DNA of 6,354 nt from the IMG/VR virus record IMGVR_UViG_2778261419_000005; one strand, written 5' to 3'. The translations under genes were made by a program, and so were the position numbers. Position 1 is the stretch's first letter. Each line of letters starts with the position of its first letter. The notes below the pieces were generated by a model. The model was given only the letters and a program-made list of their open reading frames with translations. It was not told where the DNA came from and made no database searches. Of the stretch, positions 1-5,073 are shown piece after piece. The DNA comes from a virus. Taxonomy: Duplodnaviria; Heunggongvirae; Uroviricota; Caudoviricetes.

Positions 1-423
1 TCACTGCGCCACGTCCTGAAAATTACCCTGATAGAAAGCCAGTATGCGCTGCATAACTTCGCTCTTCCGGCACTCGCGACAGATTATGTTTAGGCGACTG
101 TCGTAGCGACGTATTTCTCCGTCAGGTGATGACCAGATAAGGTCCGGATCAACCACAGCAGGTTTCTTCACCTTTGCCCTCGAGAGTTTTTTGCGGGCGT
201 TTTGCCAGTCCTTACGCGCCTGTTCAGAGGGGAATAACCCGTAGCCGGAGTTGTATACATCGCCACTGGCTACCAGCTCTCTGGCAAGAACGCTCATCAG
301 ATATCTAGTCGCACCTGTTTTAGCTTCCAGTTGCCGTAACGTCTCACGGCCGCTCTGGCGCACGAGTTCCACCACCTGCCATTTAATTTTTTCCCGCTCT
401 TCTTGTGTAAAAACTTTTGCCAC
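1..423 (-). CDS. Hypothetical protein (140 aa), possible helix-turn-helix DNA-binding protein
   Basis: Complete minus-strand ORF: GTG start at 423-421 preceded by a G-rich Shine-Dalgarno (AAGGGGGA, reverse complement of 425-432, 4-nt spacer), TGA stop at 3-1. Segment ETLRQLEAKTGATRYLMSVLAREL looks HTH-like; C-terminal CxxC (CRECR). No family recognised with confidence. Confidence 0.55.
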   Translation of the reverse strand: MAKVFTQEEREKIKWQVVELVRQSGRETLRQLEAKTGATRYLMSVLARELVASGDVYNSGYGLFPSEQARKDWQNARKKLSRAKVKKPAVVDPDLIWSSPDGEIRRYDSRLNIICRECRKSEVMQRILAFYQGNFQDVAQ

Positions 424-463
424 AAGTCCCCCTTAAAATTACCTCATGACCTGAAATCAACAC

Positions 464-1096
464 TTATCCTCTGAAACCAGGCGGAATTTCTGTATCCGGT
501 TCAGAAATATGATTAACACAACGCTGTACAGGTGAACGTCCCAGGCGGATGACCAGTTCGTCCCATTTTTCGCGGAGCTTTGACGGGCTCATGATGTTTT
601 TTACCCAGAATGGATCTCGCTGAACCCGACCAAACATTTCGCAAATTTGTCTGTGGCTTCTGCCATCCAGCATCCGCATTGTGCGCACGTCATTGGCCCA
701 GGCAGTCCAGTTAGGCTCTTTTGGTCGCATGATCTCGCCATCATCACTGGCTGCCTGTTCGTAGAGACCCACGATCCGCCCCCAGATCCACTGCGCACAC
801 GCCAAATCCTCCCTGCTACCCCACTGGCGTTTTTTCGCACTAAACACAACCGCGTCGGAGTTCCGGGTTAAAGAATCCTGTTCAGTCGTCTGCGGGTCCG
901 GTTGCGAAGCTTCCGGACGAAAAGTGTTTTTATTCTCTGTAGTAATCTCTGTTGTATTCTCTGTAAGATCATCAGGCCATTTTGACCCGATGACATTGGG
1001 TCGTTTTGAACCAATGGAGCGTTTCATTTTGACCTCTTCCATCGTGTCATTTTGACCTGATGGAGCGGCGCATTTTGAACCGATGGATTCGCTCAA
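464..1096 (-). CDS. Replication protein with DnaT-like (primosomal protein I-like) C-terminal domain; possibly the C-terminal part of a split lambda-O-like initiator
   Basis: Minus-strand ORF with TAA stop at 466-464. C-terminus ...VNHISEPDTEIPPGFRG matches my recollection of the E. coli DnaT C-terminus (...VNTVSEPDSQIPPGFRG), and the preceding ~80 aa align plausibly with the DnaT C-domain. N-terminal ~60 aa are low-complexity and encoded by the repeat arrays. Start uncertain: ORF-track start is TTG at 1096; in-frame ATG at 1042; in-frame ATG at 1027 has a strong SD (GGAAGAGG, 5-nt spacer). Confidence 0.6.
   Translation of the reverse strand: MSESIGSKCAAPSGQNDTMEEVKMKRSIGSKRPNVIGSKWPDDLTENTTEITTENKNTFRPEASQPDPQTTEQDSLTRNSDAVVFSAKKRQWGSREDLACAQWIWGRIVGLYEQAASDDGEIMRPKEPNWTAWANDVRTMRMLDGRSHRQICEMFGRVQRDPFWVKNIMSPSKLREKWDELVIRLGRSPVQRCVNHISEPDTEIPPGFRG
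930..964. repeat. AT-rich block with three 12-bp-period direct repeats (TATTCTCTGTA / TAATCTCTGTT / TATTCTCTGTA) flanking the iterons
   Basis: Read directly at 930-940, 942-952 and 954-964; encodes the low-complexity peptide TENTTEITTENKNT on the minus strand. Position relative to the iterons matches an origin-type AT-rich unwinding region. Confidence 0.45.
978..1093. repeat. Five iteron-like direct repeats, consensus CATTTTGA(A/C)C(C/T)GATGGAGCG, period 23-24 bp; candidate replication origin
   Basis: Copies begin at 978, 1002, 1025, 1048 and 1071 on the plus strand (CATTTTGACCCGATGA; CGTTTTGAACCAATGGAGCG; CATTTTGACCTCTTCC; CATTTTGACCTGATGGAGCGGCG; CATTTTGAACCGATGGATTCGC). They lie inside the 5' coding region of the DnaT-like ORF, immediately downstream of the initiator N-domain ORF. 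Confidence 0.55.
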
Positions 1097-1107
1097 TTTG
1101 CCACCAT

Positions 1108-1407
1108 CTAAAAGTAGAAATTGGTCATATCGCGCTTTGATTTATTGAGCTTTTCACAACGCAAAAGCCCCAGCGTTTTCAGACTTGCAAACGCGCGCTT
1201 TAACGTTGACTCTGACCAGAATGGGAACTGTTCCAGCCATTGTTCCGTTGTGTTATAAATCCAGCGAACACCATCACATTCCATGCCGGAGTTGGTATCT
1301 CTCAACCAGTAGTGCAGTTGTTGCAAAACAATGGCTTCGTTTAAGCCAATTTTCATTGCCAGCTGCGTGTTTATAACCAGTGGGCGTTCAGCAAAAAGAA
1401 GGCTCAT
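1108..1407 (-). CDS. Replication initiator N-terminal winged-helix DNA-binding domain protein (O-like / replisome-organiser-like)
   Basis: Minus-strand ORF with TAG stop at 1110-1108. Preferred start is ATG at 1407-1405 with SD-like GGATGGA 3 nt upstream; the ORF track extends to a TTG at 1461. Product MSLLFAERPLVINTQLAMKIGLNEAIVLQQLHYWL...WSESTLKRAFASLKTLGLL has the wHTH signature common to phage/plasmid initiator N-domains. Different reading frame from the downstream DnaT-like ORF. Confidence 0.55.
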   Translation of the reverse strand: MSLLFAERPLVINTQLAMKIGLNEAIVLQQLHYWLRDTNSGMECDGVRWIYNTTEQWLEQFPFWSESTLKRAFASLKTLGLLRCEKLNKSKRDMTNFYF

Positions 1408-1651
1408 AATTCCATCCAGCTTTTTGTTGGTATTGCTGTCGATACGCAAGCTTGAAAGCAATTGCTTTTTCTATAAGTTCGTCAGTTTCACGATCCACTA
1501 CGGCAGGATCAGCAAAAAGCAGTCCGGACTCCACCACATCGCCATATTCTTTGTTTAACCCGGCGATCATGCACGTGATGCTTTTTCCGTCAGTAATTTC
1601 ACGATACAACCTGAAATCACTAATCCGGATAGCCTCCATAATCGCAGGCAC
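1388..1651 (-). CDS. Hypothetical protein (83-87 aa); possibly a 5'-truncated gene remnant
   Basis: Protein-like composition, but only GTG (1651) or a weak-context ATG (1639) as start. The frame is open upstream to 1705 without any ATG, as expected for a 3' fragment of a longer gene. Overlaps the next gene by ~20 nt. TGA stop at 1390-1388. Confidence 0.3.
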   Translation of the reverse strand: MPAIMEAIRISDFRLYREITDGKSITCMIAGLNKEYGDVVESGLLFADPAVVDRETDELIEKAIAFKLAYRQQYQQKAGWNYEPSFC

Positions 1652-1773
1652 TAGCGCCGTGAACTTTTCACGCTTATCCCTGGTGTCGATATCCGGCGTT
1701 AATTGTTAACTGGTTAACGTCACCTGGAGGCACCAGGCACTGCATCACAAAATTCATTGTTGAGGACGCGATA
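1652..1773. promoter_or_regulatory. Divergent intergenic control region with candidate operator palindrome GTTAAC-TG-GTTAAC (1705-1718) and adjacent CCTGG...CCAGG dyad (1723-1737)
   Basis: Only sizeable non-coding gap between the two oppositely transcribed gene sets; dyad symmetry read directly. No confident -35/-10 assignment. SD GAGGA at 1762-1766 serves the first plus-strand gene. Confidence 0.3.
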
Positions 1774-1962
1774 ATGAAAACGTTATTACCAAACGTTAAT
1801 ACGTCTGAAGGTTGTTTTGAAATTGGTGTCACTATCAGTAACCCAGTATTTACTGAAGATGCCATTAACAAGAGAAAACAAGAACGGGAGCTATTAAATA
1901 AAATATGCATTGTTTCAATGCTGGCTCGTTTACGTCTGATGCCAAAAGGATGTGCACAATGA
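1774..1962 (+). CDS. Small hypothetical protein (62 aa), first gene of plus-strand operon
   Basis: ATG at 1774 with SD GAGGA 7 nt upstream; TGA stop at 1960-1962 overlaps the next ATG (ATGA), indicating translational coupling. Basic protein with hydrophobic/amphipathic C-terminus (LLNKICIVSMLARLRLM). Confidence 0.55.
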   Translation: MKTLLPNVNTSEGCFEIGVTISNPVFTEDAINKRKQERELLNKICIVSMLARLRLMPKGCAQ

Positions 1963-2150
1963 ATTCAGCATTTGTGCTTGTTCTGACAGTTTTTCTTGTT
2001 TCCGGAGAGCCAGTTGATATTGCAGTCAGTGTGCACAGGACAATGCAGGAGTGTATGACTGCAGCAACCGAACAGAAAATTCCCGGTAACTGTTACCCGG
2101 TCGATAAAGTTATTCACCAGGATAATATCGAAATCCCGGCAGGTCTTTAA
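1959..2150 (+). CDS. Small exported/membrane protein (63 aa), YebW-like (DUF1482-like) by recollection
   Basis: ATG at 1959 with SD AAGGA 9 nt upstream; the ORF-track start at 1905 has no SD. Hydrophobic N-terminus AFVLVLTVFLVSG (signal peptide or TM helix), two Cys (C31, C44); size and pattern resemble E. coli YebW as I recall it. TAA stop at 2148-2150. Confidence 0.6.
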   Translation: MNSAFVLVLTVFLVSGEPVDIAVSVHRTMQECMTAATEQKIPGNCYPVDKVIHQDNIEIPAGL

Positions 2151-2243
2151 AACAGTTCCGTAATAAATATCCGGTTTCATTCTTATATGCCAGCAATGGC
2201 AGGGATTTGTTCATCCTTAAATCTGTCATGAGGTTAAAACAAA

Positions 2244-4715
2244 ATGAGTAAAGTCTTTATTTGCGCCGCTATTCCTGACGAACTGGCAACAAGGGAAGAA
2301 GGCGCTGTGGCTGTAGCCACAGCCATTGAAGCTGGCGACGAACGCCGTGCTCGAGCAAAATTTCACTGGCAGTTCCTGGAACATTATCCGGCTGCTCAGG
2401 ACTGCGCTTATAAATTTATTGTCTGCGAGGATAAACCTGGCATACCCCGCCCTGCCCTCGATTCATGGGATGCTGAATATATGCAGGAAAACCGCTGGGA
2501 TGAGGAGTCTGCTTCTTTTGTCCCGGTTGAGACTGAATCCGATCCGATGAACGTCACTTTTGACAAGCTGGCCCCTGAAGTACAGAACGCTGTCATGGTT
2601 AAGTTCGACACATGTGAAAACATCACCGTTGATATGGTTATTAGCGCACAGGAATTGTTGCAGGAAGACATGGCAACATTCGACGGACATATCGTTGAAG
2701 CGTTGATGAAAATGCCAGAAGTTAACGCCATGTATCCGGAGCTTAAGTTGCACGCCATTGGGTGGGTTAAGCATAAATGTATTCCTGGTGCTAAATGGCC
2801 CGAAATTCAGGCAGAGATGCGCATCTGGAAAAAACGTCGCGAAGGTGAACGCAAGGAAACCGGAAAATACACGTCTGTTGTTGATCTCGCCCGCGCCAGA
2901 ACCAATCAACAGTACACTGAAAATTCAACAGGAAAAATCAGCCCGGTCATTGCTGCCATTCATCGCGAATACAAGCAGACATGGAAAACACTGGATGACG
3001 AACTGGCCTACGCTCTCTGGCCTGGTGATGTGGATGCCGGAAACATTGACGGCAGCATCCATCGCTGGGCAAAAAAAGAAGTTATCGACAACGACCGCGA
3101 AGACTGGAAGCGTATCTCGGCATCAATGCGCAAACAGCCTGATGCCCTTCGCTACGACCGCCAGACTATTTTTGGCCTTGTCCGTGAGCGTCCGATCGAC
3201 ATTCACAAAGATCCCATAGCACTGAACAAATATATCTGCGAATACCTGACGACAAAGGGCGTGTTTGAGAATGAAGAAACAGACCTGGGCACTGTTGATG
3301 TTCTCCAGTCATCAGAAACACAAACTGATGCAGTGGAAACTGAGGTATCTGATATCCCAAAAAATGAAACCGCGCCGGAAGCTGAACCATCTGTAGAGCG
3401 TGAGGGGCCGTTCTATTTCCTCTTCGCAGATAAGGACGGAGAAAAATACGGTCGCGCAAACAAACTTTCTGGTCTGGATAAGGCACTGGCTGCTGGCGCC
3501 ACTGAAATCACAAAAGAAGAATATTTTGCCCGAAAAAATGGCACATACACGGGCTTACCGCAAAATGTAGATACCGCTGAAGATTCAGAACAACCAGAGC
3601 CGATAAAAGTTACCGCTGACGAAGTAAACAAAATTATGCAGGCAGCCAATATCAGCCAGCCTGACGCCGATAAGTTGCTTGCTGCATCACGTGGTGAATT
3701 TGTTGAAGGGATTAGTGACCCGAATGATCCGAAATGGGTTAAGGGGATCCAGACCCGCGATTCTGTGAACCAGAACCAGCATGAATCGGAACGGAACTAC
3801 CAAAAAGCGGAACAAAACAGCACAAATGCGTTACAAAACGAGCCAGAAACGAAACAGCCTGAACCAGTGGCGCAACTGGAAGTGGAAAAAGTCTGCACCG
3901 CCTGCGGTCAGACCGGCGGCGGCAACTGCCCTGATTGTGGCGCGGTGATGGGCGACGCAACATACCAGGAAACATTCGATGAAGAGTATCAGGTTGAAGT
4001 TCAGGAAGATGATCTGGAGGAAATGGAAGGCGCTGAACATCCACACAAGGAGAACACTGGCGGCAATCAGCATCACAATAGCGATAATGAAACTGGCGAG
4101 ACGGCAGATCACTCAATTAAGGTGAACGGTCATCACGAAATCACATCCACCAGCAGGACGTGTGACCATCTAATGATCGACCTTGAAACCATGGGAAAAA
4201 ATCCTGATGCCCCGATCATCTCAATAGGTGCAATATTTTTCGATCCGCAAACCGGAGATATGGGACCGGAATTTAGTAAGACTATCGATCTGGAAACTGC
4301 TGGCGGAGTCATTGATCGGGACACCATTAAATGGTGGCTTAAGCAATCACGCGAAGCGCAATCTGCCATTATGACCGATGAAATCCCGTTAGATGATGCA
4401 CTGTTACAATTGCGGGAATTTATCGACGAAAACTCCGGTGAATTTTTTGTTCAGGTTTGGGGAAATGGAGCCAACTTCGACAACACGATTTTGCGCCGTT
4501 CATACGAACGGCAGGGGATCCCCTGCCCGTGGCGTTACTACAACGATCGCGATGTACGCACAATCGTTGAGCTGGGGAAAGCCATAGACTTCGATGCCAG
4601 AACGGCTATTCCATTCGAAGGTGAGCGCCATAATGCACTTGATGACGCCCGTTACCAGGCAAAATACGTTTCAGTTATCTGGCAAAAACTGATCCCGAGT
4701 CAGGCTGATTCTTAA
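2244..4715 (+). CDS. Large modular protein (823 aa) with C4 zinc ribbon and C-terminal DEDDh (DnaQ-like) 3'-5' exonuclease domain
   Basis: ATG at 2244 with SD GAGG ~10 nt upstream; TAA stop at 4713-4715. Exo motifs read directly: Exo I MIDLET (D646/E648, nt 4179-4187), Exo II GNGANFD (D746, nt 4479-4481), Exo III HNALDDARYQAKY (H796/D801, nt 4629-4646). CxxC-x7-CxxC zinc ribbon at aa 551-565 (nt 3894-3938). N-terminal ~340 aa have no motif I recognise; aa ~341-630 are acidic/polar low-complexity linkers. Confidence 0.88.
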   Translation: MSKVFICAAIPDELATREEGAVAVATAIEAGDERRARAKFHWQFLEHYPAAQDCAYKFIVCEDKPGIPRPALDSWDAEYMQENRWDEESASFVPVETESDPMNVTFDKLAPEVQNAVMVKFDTCENITVDMVISAQELLQEDMATFDGHIVEALMKMPEVNAMYPELKLHAIGWVKHKCIPGAKWPEIQAEMRIWKKRREGERKETGKYTSVVDLARARTNQQYTENSTGKISPVIAAIHREYKQTWKTLDDELAYALWPGDVDAGNIDGSIHRWAKKEVIDNDREDWKRISASMRKQPDALRYDRQTIFGLVRERPIDIHKDPIALNKYICEYLTTKGVFENEETDLGTVDVLQSSETQTDAVETEVSDIPKNETAPEAEPSVEREGPFYFLFADKDGEKYGRANKLSGLDKALAAGATEITKEEYFARKNGTYTGLPQNVDTAEDSEQPEPIKVTADEVNKIMQAANISQPDADKLLAASRGEFVEGISDPNDPKWVKGIQTRDSVNQNQHESERNYQKAEQNSTNALQNEPETKQPEPVAQLEVEKVCTACGQTGGGNCPDCGAVMGDATYQETFDEEYQVEVQEDDLEEMEGAEHPHKENTGGNQHHNSDNETGETADHSIKVNGHHEITSTSRTCDHLMIDLETMGKNPDAPIISIGAIFFDPQTGDMGPEFSKTIDLETAGGVIDRDTIKWWLKQSREAQSAIMTDEIPLDDALLQLREFIDENSGEFFVQVWGNGANFDNTILRRSYERQGIPCPWRYYNDRDVRTIVELGKAIDFDARTAIPFEGERHNALDDARYQAKYVSVIWQKLIPSQADS

Positions 4716-4726
4716 TGTTCAACTGT

Positions 4727-4758
4727 CGCCGGTTGTGACTGGTATTCTGCAACCGGCG
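4727..4758 (+). other. RNA stem-loop (9-bp perfect stem CGCCGGTTG / CAACCGGCG, 14-nt loop) between the exonuclease gene and xis
   Basis: Inverted repeat read directly at 4727-4735 and 4750-4758; no downstream U-tract, so not a canonical intrinsic terminator; could be a processing or attenuation element. Confidence 0.3.
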
Positions 4759-4787
4759 CTCGTCTAATGTAAGAGATAAAGAAATCG

Positions 4788-5039
4788 ATGAGCGAAGTAA
4801 TCATGATTGTCTCTCCCGGCAAATGGGTATCCGAAGAGCAGTTAATTGCGCTGAAAGGAATAAAAAAAGGTACGTTAAAAAAGGCCCGGGAAAAATCGTT
4901 TATGGAAGGAAGGGAATATAAGCATGTCGCTCATGACGGTATGCCATGGGATAACAGCCCATGCTTTTACAACCTGGAAGAAATTGATCGCTGGATTGAG
5001 CGCCAGGCATCAGCGAGACCAAGACGTCATCTTACTTGA
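4788..5039 (+). CDS. xis: Excisionase-like protein (Xis)
   Basis: 83-aa ORF immediately upstream of and co-oriented with the integrase; purine-rich SD (AAGAGA) upstream of ATG 4788 (alternative ATG at 4803); N-terminal KWVSEEQLIALKGIKKGTLKKAR and C-terminal YNLEEIDRWI fit the small excisionase pattern of enterobacterial prophages (recollection, not searched). Confidence 0.65.
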   Translation: MSEVIMIVSPGKWVSEEQLIALKGIKKGTLKKAREKSFMEGREYKHVAHDGMPWDNSPCFYNLEEIDRWIERQASARPRRHLT

Positions 5040-5073
5040 CTAAAAGCCACACTAACTAATGAGAGAAGTTGAA

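Noticed and set aside
251-436. Plus-strand 61-aa ORF overlapping the 140-aa minus-strand gene
   Set aside because: Entirely antisense to a better-supported CDS; Ser/Thr/Leu-rich shadow-ORF composition and no SD.
601-871. ORFs 601-849 (-) and 647-871 (+) inside the DnaT-like gene
   Set aside because: Alternative-frame or antisense ORFs nested in a CDS with a recognisable conserved C-terminal domain; low-complexity products.
978-1093. Regular direct repeats as a CRISPR array
   Set aside because: Repeats are degenerate, separated by 0-3 bp rather than unique spacers, lie inside a CDS, and fit an iteron/origin architecture.
1185-1709. Plus-strand ORFs 1185-1376, 1331-1558 and 1452-1709
   Set aside because: Antisense to the minus-strand replication-type genes; Ser-rich or hydrophobic low-complexity translations; no convincing starts.
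1905-1958. Upstream ATG (1905) as start of the YebW-like gene, giving an 81-aa product
   Set aside because: No SD, and it would overlap the preceding gene by 58 nt in another frame; ATG 1959 has an SD and the ATGA coupling arrangement.
2083-2100. Inverted repeat CCGGTAAC-TG-TTACCCGG
   Set aside because: Lies inside the YebW-like coding sequence (encodes IPGNCYPV) and is imperfect; most likely coincidental codon-level symmetry.
1674-2180. Minus-strand ORFs 1674-1910 and 1965-2180
   Set aside because: Antisense to the two small plus-strand genes, which have SDs and ATGA coupling; these would span the divergent control region.
4147-4154. Chi octamer (GCTGGTGG) on the minus strand inside the nuclease gene
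   Set aside because: A single occurrence in 6.3 kb is within chance expectation for an enterobacterial sequence; no clustering or orientation bias.
2326-4587. Multiple internal ORFs on both strands inside the 823-aa gene (e.g. 2408-2758, 2463-2909, 2758-3219, 3739-4116, 4133-4369)
   Set aside because: All nested within or antisense to a long ORF with clear catalytic motifs; typical shadow ORFs.
2244-4715. Calling the 823-aa protein RecE (exonuclease VIII) or lambda Exo
   Set aside because: Its nuclease motifs are DEDDh (DnaQ-like, 3'-5'), not the PD-(D/E)XK fold of RecE/lambda Exo, and no RecT/Bet gene is adjacent; similar size and position alone do not justify the name.
4727-4758. Hairpin as a Rho-independent terminator
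   Set aside because: No U-rich tract follows the stem and the 14-nt loop is large; kept only as a possible processing/attenuation structure.
5059-5073. Upstream ATG (5059) as the integrase start (MREVEMKYP...)
   Set aside because: No SD upstream, whereas ATG 5074 is preceded by GAGAGAAG; both are in frame so the call is otherwise unaffected.
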